Below, piece after piece: positions 26,485-40,564 of a stretch of 64,000 nucleotides of DNA (position 1 is the first letter of the stretch; every line of letters starts with the position of its first letter). The translations under genes were made by a program, and so were the position numbers. Source of the DNA: Epiperipatus broadwayi. Taxonomy: Eukaryota; Animalia; Onychophora. The DNA lies in assembly GCA_028023455.1 (NCBI GenBank), contig JAQFVV010000003.1, forward strand, positions 14,074,001-14,138,000, written 5' to 3'. Below the pieces are notes generated by a model. The model was not told the DNA's origin. It did not search any database and worked only from the letters and a program-made list of their open reading frames with translations.

Positions 26485-26578
26485 AGGAAATTTAAAAAAG
26501 GAGATATTAACTAGAAAATCCAACAAAGATGAGGAAATTTAAAAAAGGAGATATTAACTAGAAAATCCAACAAAGATG
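26485..26578. repeat. 47-bp perfect tandem duplication
   Basis: AGGAAATTTAAAAAAGGAGATATTAACTAGAAAATCCAACAAAGATG x2. Confidence 0.95.
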
Positions 26579-29502
26579 ACAATGCAAAATCAGATGAAGA
26601 AGATGATAAAGACTCTGATGCCATGATCACCAAATCAGAGAGAAAAACAAAAAAATCATGAAACCTGGATTTCAAGCTGAGAACGAAATGACAAAGCAAA
26701 TTAAAAATCTGGAGTCTAGAGAAAAAGATGAAGCTAAAGTAACAAGGTTAAAAGGTGTACCTGAGACTAGGGAAAAAGCACCAGAGCCCAAAACTACCTG
26801 AAGACTTAAAATCAACAGAAGAATCTAAGACCTCAGAAATGAAAGACATGAAGCAAAACAAGAAGATATATGAGAAACAAAAAAAATGCAAGCAAAGCAA
26901 GAAATAGGATGTTACAATAAACAAATAACAGAGAGAAGACCTCATCAATAAATGACAATGACATTCAAAATAACAAGGAGTGAAATTAAATTCAATTACA
27001 GATAAAGACTTTTATCGAAAAATCATCAGATGATGCAATTAACAATAGCGGTCTCATGTTGGAACAAATTATAGTAGAAGGAGATAAACAAGCAACCCAA
27101 CAAGGGAAAAATAAAAGTGAAAAAAGCAAATCAAGGAAACAAGTAAAGTCCATCTCTGAAGAAGACAATATCCAAGAAAGAGACTCTGTTTTTAATAATG
27201 CAGTTGGCTTGATCATTGAATGCCCACAGACTAGGTGGATGGAAACATCAGAGAAGAAGAGAAAGAAAATAAACCACAAAAACAAAATCAATTTTCCAAG
27301 TTTTCTTGATGGGGTGTGTGTGTGATTCAAATGACCCTAGAAGATCTGGAATTCACCAGAGATAAAAAATCTTCAGCTAGGGCTGATTTCCCCCCTGAAT
27401 GAATTGAAAGATTTCTATTTTCAAATTTTTCCAGTCTTGAAATTAGTGATTGGAGGGATGATACTTCAGACCTGCATACATGACAGAGAGAGCCTCCAAT
27501 TAAAGAAGTAAAAAGGAATTGCAGCTTAAGTCTCCATGTGCCAGTGATAAATATAATGAATGTTAAAATTGTAGGGGTTAATGTAAGATGATTAAGTTTG
27601 TTAAACCAGATACACAATCAGAAATTGGATAAACAGCAATGCACCTCACATTTTCTTAATGGGTGAGACCAAATTTCATCAGGGCTCAGACAATAAAATA
27701 ACAGATGCTGGGTCAACTGGGCTTTGTAAAACTTTCTGTAGACTGACAGCATCAGGGGGGGGGTTGGGAGTTTTAATTAATAAAAAATTTCCATGCCATG
27801 ACTTTAAAATTCTATTCATGGATGACAACATTATTATAATAAATCTCAATTACAGTGGATTCTCCTTCAACATAGTTTATATCTATACTCAGAACTCAAT
27901 CACAATATTTCATAGATTAATACATATTATCATGACCCTTGCTTCAAATTCATTGCCTTCATTATTGCTTGGCAATTTCAATATAACATTTGGGGATTTT
28001 AACAAAAAGTACCTACACCTATTAAACAGGAAATTGATGAGCAAGGACAGCTTTTCCCCAGGATCATGTTCATTTTATACTTGTAGATACTCTCTCGTTG
28101 ACTTGTTATTCTATTCATCTGAGATCCACTTCCTGTTGGATGCAGCCCTGAATCTGGTGGTCTTTTTCTGACCACATGGCTTTTGTGGTTGGCATCCATG
28201 CATGGGGCAAATCTACTGCTGGAGAGAGCTGCAACAAAATCATTAAAATGATCACTAGATCAAATATAATCAAGGCCATCATATCGGAGACCTACATTTA
28301 TTAAAAAAATAGATATTTTAAACATCTCAGTAGAGGAGGCCTGGTTCTTGTTCATCAAAACCCTCCAACCCCTTATTCCCCCCCCCTCATTAAGAAATAA
28401 GGAACAAACCCCCCCCCTTGAGAATGAAAAAAAAAAAAAAAAAAAAAAAAAAAACAAAACCCCAAATCCTGAAATTTTTCAAAAATTCAAACTAAAACAC
28501 ATTTATAAGGCCAAGCAAAAATTATTAGCAGAATATATAACCATCAAGAGATCAAAGGTCTACCTGGCATCACCAAACTGCTGGACCAAGGAATACCTTA
28601 GATTGGTGCTTGGGGCAGAAAAAAGCAAGCCACTCCAACAGTGATAATGACAGATGGAAAACATTCATTGGGCCGGTTATTCTAGACAAAATCTTGAAAC
28701 ACTTCAGAAGGAACTTGCAGAAAGATGATGCAGGTGTAAACACTGTGTGGAATGTTTGTGGAGACTGGGTAGATCATGGGATTACAGAGGAGATGCTAAA
28801 AAACTAGTTGGCATCTCTTCCTCATTGGATACATCTGGGGCTTCATGGAATTCCCTGGTATCTCATCATGCATCTGAGTCAATTTGCCATTATAATTATG
28901 TTCAATATGGTAAAGCACCTGGCAGATGAATGCAGAGACATTCCAGATTTATACACCATAGCTCTTGTACCTTTTCTAAAGAAGGACAGGCCACCTATGG
29001 AACTTTCGAGTCTGAGGCCTATTTCGATGACCCTTTATTAATTAAAATCATAGAATTAGTAATCAAAGATAATATTTAAGGTAAAATTTCAACCCGAATA
29101 TCCCTATCACAATTGCCAAAATCAATGCCATAGGATGCTAAAACGTTACTAGACCTTATAAAAACCCAGAGGAAATATAGACCTATCACTGTACAGCTGG
29201 ACATCTCTGTAGCCTTTGACATGGTCCAAACCAACATCCTTTTAAAGGTTTGCCTGAGTACTCCATCCTGAAAATACTCATTTAGGTAATAGGCAACATA
29301 CTAAGGAACCAGGAGATATTCATCACATTGAATGGTAAATTAACATCTGGTTTAAAATTCTCCCATTCCATTCCTCAGGGATCCCCCTGAGTGCCCTTTG
29401 ATTTATAGACTATATCAACCCCCTCTTGGTGGGTATAGACAGGAGGCTCCCTAACATCTACGTCCCTTGTATCAGGAAGGAAGTTAAGTGTTTTGCCTAT
29501 AT

Positions 29503-32500
29503 TGAATCAGTCGATCTGATAATCAGATCGAGCTTCACAGCCCACTTACAATCTCCCACCACCAAACCATATTTAAACTCCATCCTTATGCACATATACA
29601 TATTTACTAATACATATTTTTTCTTCTAGCTTAAATATTAAAACAAATGATGTAGATATGTAGATATCTTAATGTAAATAATTTTAATAAACAAATATTT
29701 AATGTTATTTTAATTCGTAGGCATGCGTAATGGATATGTACATATTATCAGTGAGGGGAGATTACTTTTAAAATCATAATTTCAAATAAAAAAACATTAT
29801 TAATGTATATTTAAAATTATATATATAATTTATTATTTATTCATTTAATCTTAGTGGTCAGAAAATGATGCAATTCTTTAAGAAGTTTCTCGAACACAAT
29901 TAAAACAATTAACCAGAAAACCTATTAGTCAGAATTAAAATGTTACAATTTGTAACAGTAAAGTAAAAATCCATTAGTAAAAATGTTATCCACTTCAATT
30001 TGTTTAAAATCATAAGACTATATTTTAAAACAATCGTTCAAGAAACTTATAACAGGATTGCATTGTTTTCAAAACTTACTAAACAAAAGATACATCCGGT
30101 CAGCAGATTTCAGATCTGCTAAGTGCTCAAATTGCCTCAAGTCTAGCAGCTAAGTGCTTGCCAACATCATCAAAAAAGGATATAAATACTGCTAAATTTG
30201 AATCCAAAGGGGAGGAGACAATCATAAAATAGCTATGGTAGATCGAATCCATGCTCGTGTAATTTTTAATATAATGTGTAGTGAGTAGAGGACAATTCAC
30301 CTTTCCCTCCATTCCAACATGCTCTTTCCCATGATCAGAACTCCAGATCCCATACCTATGAATTTTCCAATGCTTATAGATTAAAGAAATAAAAGCTACC
30401 TGTTTGACTGACCCCAAAAAATCTAGATCTAGTATATTAATTCCAATGGACACTAAGGCATCCAGGACCGACACTGTATTTAATAAGGTAAAAATAACTT
30501 TAGCCACTATATGAATCTCTTAACCTCAGCCTTCTGTAATAATAATAATCCTGATGTTCTATTAGATAATGTTGTGTAAAATAATTATAATTTACTTATC
30601 TCTAGTTGTTTGTAACTCTATATAACTGAATTTCCTTTATCATTGAACCTCTATCTAATCTGTTTTTCTTTCACTTTCATGTGGCAATAATCTTTAGTTT
30701 ATTATTGTATTATATATATTTGTATTTTAAATATGCCAATAATCCCTCAATCTCACTAGCATATAACTTCTTTTTTATTTTTCTTCCCTGCTACTTTATG
30801 TGATGATTAAATTCCTTTTAATTAAAAAGAAGTCTTGTTCCATCTTTGCAAAATGCTTGCGAGTTTGGGAAAAACAAAGTAATTATCTTCTAAGGTTGTT
30901 GTAGAAAAACAGATCAAAAATCTGTTTTTCTAAGAAATATAAATAATGCGCTAATCACAAAATGTCAAATTTACTATATGTAAGTAAATCTATTTATTTT
31001 CCAATTCATCACCACCACTCCATTCGTACATGTATAATTATATTTGTTTTAATGATAGCATTGATAATCAAATTTTTATACTTATTTAATGGTATGGCAA
31101 GTTATAATTAAGGGAAAAGGGGGAGTCCTTATATCCAAGAATTATGTACTCTAACTAATTTAAATGATCCATGTCTGTTTAGCAATTAAATCATACCATT
31201 ACGCAGGATATTCCATAATGTGTGGGCATTAATTAATTAAATAGTATTTAAAGTTATATTTTGTTATTTCTAAGTGTTGCGTGCGTATAGGCTTCATCAT
31301 TCAATCATATAGATATTTGTGCTTCTTTTTGCCCAGGAGTATCGGAAAATCGAACCCCATTATGTATCTCCAAGTCCAAAAATCAGGCTCTTAACTGGGA
31401 ACTTATTTGGTCATATGAGCTGGCTTTATATGGGAATTACTCTGGAAAATCCAGCCCAGTAAAATGCTCAGCTGACCGCTCTTCATTCATGAACCGATTC
31501 TGCCAATGTGTGCAGACTTATATCAGTCTATTTCATCAACAAATTCTCAGAAGCAACTTCTAGGATCCGTGACTGGATCCCATAAATATGCCGCCATGCA
31601 CACACTGCCTTTCTATTATATTTCTAAATAAACCTATGAATATCCATAAGCCATAATGTTGTGATTCTACTAACCAGATCTATTTATAATATTTTTTGAA
31701 TATTTTCAGATGCATGTCTTTGTGATGTCATTATTATATATATGTTCACTAGCTATCCCATACATGTTTATCACCCCATAAACTGAATTCCTTCCACATA
31801 TTAATAAAATGTATCTTGTATAAATTTAATGATTCAGTCCTAAAATGATAATTGTTGACTAACTTGGTTAAATGCTTGTTTTGTTCCTTCTGGGGATGGA
31901 GAGATATTTCAAAAGTATGTTTCCTAATAGCGCTAAACCAATTATCCATTATTATATTTGTCTATTATTGGCATATGAGTCGCAACCATAAATCAAAAAA
32001 AAATTGTCAAATCTAATTCTCTAAGTTATGAATAAAATATAATATGATTTCTCTGTTATCGATTGAAATATAATTCAATACACTTACGAGGCCAATGATT
32101 AATAAAATAATGATACATGCATTTATTCATGTTTTGCTAAATTAATAAATCTTATATATATATATTATACATTTTCAGAATCATTGCTTTCTTTTGTTTA
32201 AATTAATATCTTAGTTATTAAAGTATACTCATTCTGACTACATGATCTCCCGCTAATCTCAGAAATATAATTAATATGAAAGGTCATGACCTTTAATTAA
32301 ATCCAACTTGTATTTCATGCTAGATATTCCATTATATAAATTTATATTAGAGTCTTTTTGTGTCTCCGCTTTGCGATGCCGGTGGAGAGAGATAAAATTA
32401 GATTGATATCATCGGGATTGTTGCTCATAAGTTGGTAGATCTGGAAAATAGGTGAATAGGGCAGAGTTCATGAGTGTTCCTGATTTATGTATCTTGTGTA

Positions 32501-32571
32501 TGATTGGATTTGAGATACTTTTGCCTAGATGCTAGATCTTGTTATGTGAACAGACAAAACCTACCGGTACA
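29503..32571 (-). mobile_element. Degenerate Penelope-like element inserted in the L1 RT, flanked by ATAT
   Basis: Minus-strand relics appear in the expected order: HKIHKSG (32478-32498), TNI, GGIFMGSS, FLDLEI (~31365-31382), then a GIY-YIG-like YLIKYSVGPGC...SIG...TRSRF and PLDSN (~30190-30500). Removing 29503-32571 plus one ATAT restores L1 codons GCC TAT ATG GAT GAT. Confidence 0.6.
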
Positions 32572-33323
32572 ATATGGATGATATAATGGTGGTATTGCCA
32601 TCGGCCAAATACTTGAACCTTCTTAGAATCATTTTAGACAATTATACATCAAATCAATATTTTCAAGTCTGTGGTCTGGAAAATTGCCACTGGCAAAGAA
32701 ATTTCCAACAAAATTTACCACTGAACCTCAGAAATTTCTGGGGTTCCCTATTTACAGAAATCCGACAGCCATGACTAAACAAATCCAAGACTCCATTCTG
32801 GAATCCACAAAAAGAATCACCAAATCATTATCCAAAGTCTACCTTTCACTTCAGGGAAAGGTAGCTTTGTGGGTACTTGTTAAACAGCCACTATATATTG
32901 CTTGGTGGTGCTGTTTCTGTGCAAAAACCTAGCAATATGCAAAAACATAGCAATATAATGTTCCCAGGTCTGTCAGCTCTTAAACAATTTACGTTATTTT
33001 TTAATATGGCTTTTTTTTCTCTTAAAAATATATGTTTTTTTGTTTTTTTTTTTTAAAAAACGGTGTTTTTTTTTTGTAATTATTTTACATGGTGGCTTAC
33101 CTCTTTTTGTTAAAAATACAAAAAAAGAAGCTTTTTTTAAAACATGTAATATGTATTCTAAAAAGCATAATTTATTTTATAGTAATTAGACCAAGATAGC
33201 TTTCTTTCTTTCTTTTTTTTTTTTTTAAGAATAGTATTCTAAAAACCAGACTTTTTCCCCCAGTAATTAATCTGACTTGTCTTTTTTATTTTCCTGCTTT
33301 CACCTTTTCTTTTTGTTTATTCA

Positions 33324-33453
33324 AAAACAGGCCACTTTTTTTTTTATTTACAGTAAAGGATTAAAGACTTTTTTTTTGTTTTAGTAGTTATCAAAAAAAA
33401 GGCCACTTTCTTTTTATCTACAGTAAAGGATTAAAGACTTTTTTTTGGTTTTA
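33324..33453. repeat. ~62-bp tandem duplication inside Merlin
   Basis: AAAAA.AGGCCACTTT.TTTTTAT.TACAGTAAAGGATTAAAGACTTTTTTT.GTTTTAG x2. Confidence 0.85.
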
Positions 33454-33646
33454 GGCCAACCTACTTTCCTCCACTCCCTACCCTTCAACACTGACAGTCT
33501 GGTTGCAATATTAAATTAAATCTTTAAAGAAAAACCAATTTAATTACACCAAAACAAAAAAAAAACAACTTTGGATTTGATTGGATTATAAATTAATCAC
33601 AATGCCAAAGCAGATTTATTCAAAAAATAAATTTATTGACATATAA

Positions 33647-34510
33647 CTAGTGAGTTGTGTGAGTGGTCATTTGCTGTAATATGGCCTCTAAACATGTCCT
33701 TGTCTTTATGAAGGCATCTCCAAATGAATTCAGCCAGATAATTGTCTAGACATTGGCATGCTGTGCCAGTGTTTCTTGTTTTTCCACTTCAGTAAACCCC
33801 AAAACCTCTTGAAGGTCTGGGTATGGACACCTGTTTTGGGTCAATGAAATTATATCAGTGGTTGACTGATAGGTGGCTAAAGCCTGTTGCCTCAAGGTCA
33901 GTGGTCTTATACCTCTTCCAACAGTCCAAGTAGATGGTATATCCAGACTTCACATTCTGATGTATGGCATCCAGCAGCATTGCTGCAAGTGACAGGGGAT
34001 GGCAGATGTGAAACATTCACTTATCTCCTGGCAAACACTTAAAAAAAGCACGGTTTTTGTGCTGTGAGAAAAAAGTTTTCATCTACCTCCATGATGAGTC
34101 CAGGACTTCCTATTTAATGGCAGGGGCAGGATAAAAGGCTAAATGGCAGAGCTCTTTCAAAATGGTCATTCACTGTACTAATGTAGGTTTTGAGATTTGG
34201 AGATCATCTCTGGCACATTTAATGGTTAGCTAGTTTCAGCTCCACAAATACATGAGCCACAAAGCTTTGAGGAAGAACATTCTTAAACCCTCAAACCATG
34301 TCCCCTTGCAAATGGACACTGTTCACCTGCAGGCATATGAGTAGCATGCAAACTGCCAAGTTCATCTACTAAGTGTATTACCTTTACCACATAAACATTG
34401 ACTGACATGTGGCAGGATATTTTAAGCCTACAGAAAGGCAACTGTATCAGCTTCTGCATTTGGGATGTCTTACAGTTGAATCATTATGCTATTGCCTTCA
34501 GCCATTTTTT
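33647..34510 (-). pseudogene. Merlin DDE transposase pseudogene
   Basis: Frameshifted motifs CKGTWFEG, GSPGLIMEVDE, NVKSGYTIYLDCWKRY, HLSVNH*YNFIDPKTGVHTQT..RFWGLLKW and LDNYLAEFIWR. Confidence 0.88.
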
Positions 34511-36844
34511 GTTCTCATATGAGTCATGGCCAAAATGGGACTTTTTCATGAACACCTGCAATTGTGTTGTGGCAGAGCTATTTCCAAATTTAAAACACTT
34601 CCACACTGTATAGGGAAGCATTGCTGATATACTGATAATTATTAGTAGGTAATACTACATCAGTTGGGGTTTAGGGAAAACCATTTGGAACATTTCGACA
34701 ATTCTAAGACATTCCACTACACCCAATCTCAGATTAAATTGTAGCAATGAGCCATTACTGATTATACACAGAAAGCCACAAAAAGCTGGGTAGAACATTT
34801 CTGTGCATATGCATAAAAAGTAACACCATTACATGGCAACAATTAAACCACTATTGCAATCGTAGTGTTGTATTAGCTGTAGGTTTGGATGCAGCAGAAT
34901 AAATGGCTTTTATAACTGACAGTGTTGTACTTTCGGCTGTATAAACTGCATCATGTGGCCTCTAATAGCTACTACGTTCATAGTGGCATATTAGCCATAC
35001 ATTTGGCCTGCAAAAGCAGTATTCAGTGTTTTTACACAGAAACAGTGTTAGCAAACAATGTTCAGTGGCTATTTAACAAGAACCCTTTGTTGAATATGAA
35101 AATCTTCACCAAAATAACATTTCTTCCCTATAATAAAATTAACCAGATCATTTGGAAAATAAAATAAAATTTTTTCTGCTCAAAGCTTCTCTGGGGTAGA
35201 AAAGTCATTGCCATAAGCATAAAAAAGATGCAGCAGCCTCACAAGCTTAATGGCATGGCCCTTCATTCATTATCAGCTTTCTATGTTCAGAGGGCACATA
35301 ACTTTATTCACAGTTTGGCACTATCTTTTGATTACAAGGAAATCACCACAAGACTTGTTGCTCCCATAGATTGTCCCCCACCTACTAAGCAGGATTGGAT
35401 CTCAATGCTGGTTAAAGCTGACACATCTGGCTAAACAATCATTTGATCAAAAACTCAAAGTATGGAAAGCATATTATTTGATTAACCCAGAATTACAAAT
35501 TATTCATAGTAAATTAAATATAACAAATCAAAAGTTGATATCAAATTCTAGGTTTTGGGGCCTTGACCCCAAATATCTGGACTTTACTGTCAAATATAAT
35601 ATGGATTCGTTGCCCACAAAGTAGTTTCTAGTATATAAGAGAGATTTCACTAAGCTTGAACCTAATTGCCAATTATGTAAACATAGTGAAGAAACCATAG
35701 ATCATCTAATTAGTGACTGCATCAGACTAACAAAAATAAGGAAAATAATCGATGATCACTCAGAAATTGGTCTACACATAATCACTTCCATTGAGGATTG
35801 TGTGAACTCCAGGACTTACTCAAGGATTAAAATTTCAATATTCGTAGTCTATGCAATGCGGGCTGTTCGCTGAAAAATGGTCAAGAGCTCACTTTCACTC
35901 CTCCAAAAAATTATTTGAAGATATTTGGTCCCTTTTTGATGTTCCCAATTTAGACTAATCAAGAATGGACAAAGTGATATCACAGCTCAAAGCTCATAAC
36001 TCATTATCAATGTTTGTAAACTTTCCTTTTTTTCACACTTGTTTTTCAATGTTGATTGACACAATCCTACTGTATTACTAGATTTTTAACAATAAGAATT
36101 ATATTTTAAAAATTATATTTTAAAATAATAAAAAAAGACAATAGTTTTATTTTGTGTTTAGAATTGGAAAAAACAACAGATAAATGCTTAATATGTGAGT
36201 GTGGTTTCTCTTTGAGCATGGCTTCTCTTTCTTTTGTACTTTCATCATATGGTACATGGTTTACTTCTTTTATTTTAAAATATATATTGTTTTTTGCTAC
36301 AACAATATAAATAAATCTGACAACAGTAAATATAACTAAGCATTTATTACTATTTGGACATCACACTATCACAAAGGGCATATTCATCTCAACTTGACCA
36401 TGGTAAAAAAATATGAATCCAACTGATTAAAAGTGAGCTGTACAAATTAGTAAGCTCCACATACACACAAATGGCTGATTAAAAAGTTTTTTTTCTTGTT
36501 GAGAAGCAACACTCAAAATTCCCATAGCAACCTTTATAACAAATAGAAAAAAAAAAAACTTTTATAGAATATTCTCCCATTGTGAGACGACTAATCTGCA
36601 TTTATTTTTTTAAAAATTAACATTTAATAACAATAATTAACATTATTTTCAAAACATATTTTAAAAGGAAACAAAACTCACTTCTTTCAAATTTTTTTAT
36701 TATTTGTTATCCCATTATGAATTTGCTTTTAAAAAGACACCAAACCTTTCATAAGTTTTAAAATGCATAACCCTTTTATATTTATTTTAGATTGTAGATA
36801 GAAGTTACATTTGACTCTCTTTCACTGAGGTATAAAATAAAATT

Positions 36845-36927
36845 TAAGCATAGATCGTTTTTATATCGTTTTTAAGTTTTCTTTTAAGCATAGATCGATT
36901 TTATTTCGACTTTTAAGTTTTCTTTTA
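36845..36927. repeat. ~41-bp tandem duplication
   Basis: TTAAGCATAGATCG.TTTTAT.TCG..TTTTAAGTTTTCTT x2. Confidence 0.85.
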
Positions 36928-39900
36928 AACTTATAAAAAGTCACATTCAGACACATTTCTTTTAAAAGCATGATCTTCATAAATAATTGTTATCTTTGAT
37001 GTAAGTAATTTGTTTTTCATACTCGATATTATTTATAATTTATCTGTGGGCAGATTGAATAAACTTTGAGTTAATCATTAGACTTGATTACCCATTCACA
37101 ATGCTGAAATAGACAAAGAAATCCATCATTGGCAATGAGCACACAATGCAGCAATAAACATCAAGAGGACTATCTCATTTAAGCTTAATATCCTATCTAC
37201 CACCCCACATATAAAATAATCTGCACAAATGAAGTCTTGATCTCTTTTGAATCTTCGAGAGAAATGGTTGTTCATGAAAGAAAATCACAATTATGACTTG
37301 TTTATCTTGAGGCTTAGGGACTAATAAATATATACTATCAGAGTTAAACCTGACTCATTTTTGAGATTTGTAGTGCTGAGATATAAAACTCTATGGATTA
37401 TCATGAAAACATCACATCCAAACCCTTTATCCATTGCCAATACTGAAAATAAACAATAAAACCTTGACAAATAAACTCTTTCACAAATATATTCCTTAGA
37501 GTTTTTTTTAATAGAAATAAGCATTTACTTTCGTAACTTTACAATTCATACTTATCCTTTCTAAAACATTTGTCATTTTAACAGGTCCAGGGTCATCAAA
37601 TTAGAAGACCATCATTATAAGGGTTAAACTTTACTTCTTTCTAGGTATTTCATTAGTGATATAGGAATCTTTATTTGGAGTGCTCTGAAAAAAAATCTGT
37701 CTATCTCATGGTCATTCTGAATCATGTCCAGCAGAAGTGGATCTTCTGTTCTCTGACAATACTTTTTTCTTTTGCTTTTTAGAATTGGTGTTTTGGATTA
37801 AGATAGTCTGTCTAGAATAATTAGTTGCCTCAAATTTAGTTGCTCTTCTTTCATCCCATAACTTTATCTCTTTTGATTCATGATATTTTTTAGTGATATG
37901 ATGTGATTTGATGCACTGTGACTTCTCCTTAAACGGAGTCAGGAATCTCTCTTCAGCTATGCTCAGAGAAACCTGTTAGCCACTTTACCTTCCTTTTTCA
38001 TAGTCCACCCTAAGTTTTCCCATAATCTGCTCCATCCCATTTCTACAACATAATCTTTGTCAACTCCATGAGCTTCATATCTAAATCCCCCTTATCTTTT
38101 CCCAAACCTAGCATAAAAACCAATCACTCACTTTCTGTATAATCACTTTGTTCATATTTAATCTTCCATAACTTCATTATTTGTACCCTTTCTGCTTCCA
38201 AGAATTTACATTGAAGTAACAGATGCCTAATATTCTCTATGCCTTCCTTACACAACTTGCAGACTTAAATCACCCATATTTTTCCATTTACATGTATATT
38301 CCCTTGGTGCTAAAGATTTCATTCGAGCCTTAAACAATAAACTACTTTCCTTACTATTACCATAAATTAACTCACACCCAATGTTCTGTTTACTTCTATA
38401 TATATTTCAACTCATTTTACTCTCCATACTAGTTCTCCATCTCTCCAACTCCCTATTCTTTATTAATGCATCTATTATTCTATCCCACTCCTTATCACTA
38501 TAACACTCAACAATCCTCCTAACACAATCACCCCACCTTTTGTACAAGTATATTGACATAACTTCTTTATCCAAATCTTCTGCATACTGCATTACCTTTC
38601 TCACCCATCTTGTTGCCTACCCTTTACTTGTAACCCAATTAAATACTATTTTGGCTATTCTTTTATTATCCATAAACTGCAATCTACTGAACATTTTTAA
38701 TTTGCTTTTTGCATCTTTCATATAAAAGCTTGACCATCCCATTTCTTCTTGAATTGCCTCCTTTGCTGTCCACACCTCAGCGTCTAATGCATGTCTTCCT
38801 ATTTCCCTTTGTACTTTTTCTAAGCAATCTAATACCCCTTTACTAACACATAACACATCATTCCCATATGTTAAACCTGCTACTTCCACTTTCTTTCCAT
38901 ACAATTCTAGCTACATCATGTTTATTATATGAAAACACTGTTAATTTCTTTATCAATCCCTTTCTTTTCTTTGCTTCATTTATCAATTTTTTCTCCCATT
39001 CATCCAAGCAATTTTTCTTATTACTCAAGATGATTCCCAAATAACTATATCTACTCATCACACTTAACTTTATATCCCCCAATAAGAAATCTTACTCTTC
39101 ACTTTCCCCAGTATTCACCATCATTATATTTAATTTTTCTTCACTAAATTTAATCCCCATATCTTTACCCACCCTTGTGCATGTCCTCAGCATAACTCCT
39201 ATATCTTCTCTTCTTTCTGCACAAAAAAGACATCATCCGCAAAAAAAAGACCCGATAATGTATATACTCTCTTGCCACCTATTAACGGTATCTCTATCCC
39301 TCTTCCAAGACTTGCTCTCTCCATTTCACTCAAATACAACACAAACAAAATAGGTGACATAGGGCATCCTTGCCTCAGTCTGACCCCATTTTTAACTTTA
39401 ACTGATTCTGTATCTCCTAATTGATATGTATAGTAATTATTTTCATATAATTTCTTAATAACACCCACTAAAGCTTCATCCATTTCCAGATTTGCTAAAC
39501 TTATCCATAATCTACTTCTATTCACTCTATCATATGCCTTTTCTATATCTATAAAACTCATATATAACTGTCTACCTGAATTGCTACTCATGTCTATAAA
39601 TTGTGTAACTACAAATAAACTATTTCCTATACACCTATCTGACCTAAAGCCTCCTTGCATTTCCCCCACTACATTATTTTCTTCCATCCACTTTGCAACT
39701 TTTCCAGCCACCATATATGAAAAAACTTTATATAAAACTGATGTTACCGCTATTGGTCTATAATTATTTAACTTTCTATGATCCTTACATTTTCCTTTAA
39801 ATAATAATCTTACTCTTGTATTACTCCAGCTACCCAGAAAAACTCTCTTCTGTACCATCTTCTTAAAACATGATAGTAACTTTACTTTTGCCCTACACCC

Positions 39901-40564
39901 TAAATTCATTACCATCTCTTCTGCCCATTCATCAACCCTCTTGCCTTACCACTTTTCAATTTCTTCCCTGCCTCATTCAGTTCATTTTCTGTAAACCTAA
40001 TATTCCAATTACTATATGCTTTCATATTTTCTATCCCTTTGTCCTTCACATCTAACATCTTTTCTATATCCATTACATAACTATTCAATATTCTCTTTAA
40101 TTCTTCTCTAGAGCTACACTCTATTCCCTCCTCATCCAATAATACTATCTTTCCCCACCCCTAAATTTCTCCTTTTAATCTAATTCCAAATTTTTTTACT
40201 CCCATCTCTTCCACTTTTATTAATATCATCCAATAATTTACTATTTAGTTTCATTCTCTCTCTATAATTATCTATTTTAGCTAACTTCTTCTTTTCTAAG
40301 TACTTTTCCCATTTAGCATTAATATCTTTTTCACTTTCTTTGTTCTTAATAGCACACTCGTATTCTCTCCATGCTTTTCCCCTCTCTTTTACACTTTTAG
40401 TAACTCTCATTTTTCTATTACTTTCTTCTGAACATTCTCACCTAAAACCCTATTTGCCACTTTTCATATTTCATCACACCAGTCCTCATACTCATTGTCA
40501 ACCAACTCTTCCATGGTTTCTTCAACTTGTATTTTATACTATTCTAACTTATTCTTAACATTCA

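Larger units (their letters stand above)
32872..35084 (-). mobile_element. Merlin (ISXO2/IS1595-related) DNA transposon, 2213 bp, defective
   Basis: TIRs GGTACTTGTTAAACAGCCACT / GGTTCTTGTTAAATAGCCACT (19/21), extending imperfectly to ~55 bp. TSD CTTTGT(-)G / CTTTGTTG. Internal Merlin-type transposase relic. Confidence 0.9.
26350..36135 (+). mobile_element. Degenerate L1/Tx1-like LINE in three pieces (~26350-29502, 32572-32871, 35085-36135)
   Basis: APE start MNVKIVGVNVR* at 27556, then GGGLGVLI, LLLGNFN and SLVDL. RT pieces LRPISM, LDISVAFD, IPQG.PLSAL, AY|MDD, KFLGFPIY and GKVA|LLNMKIF. C-terminal CQLCKHSEETIDHLISDC zinc finger at ~35630-35680, and AATAAA near 36126. The 5' boundary is approximate. 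Confidence 0.8.

Noticed and set aside
29503-32571. LTR retrotransposon/solo LTR (TG...CA ends with 4-bp ATAT duplication)
   Set aside because: No terminal direct repeats, PBS/PPT or integrase. The internal motifs are Penelope-type RT and GIY-YIG.
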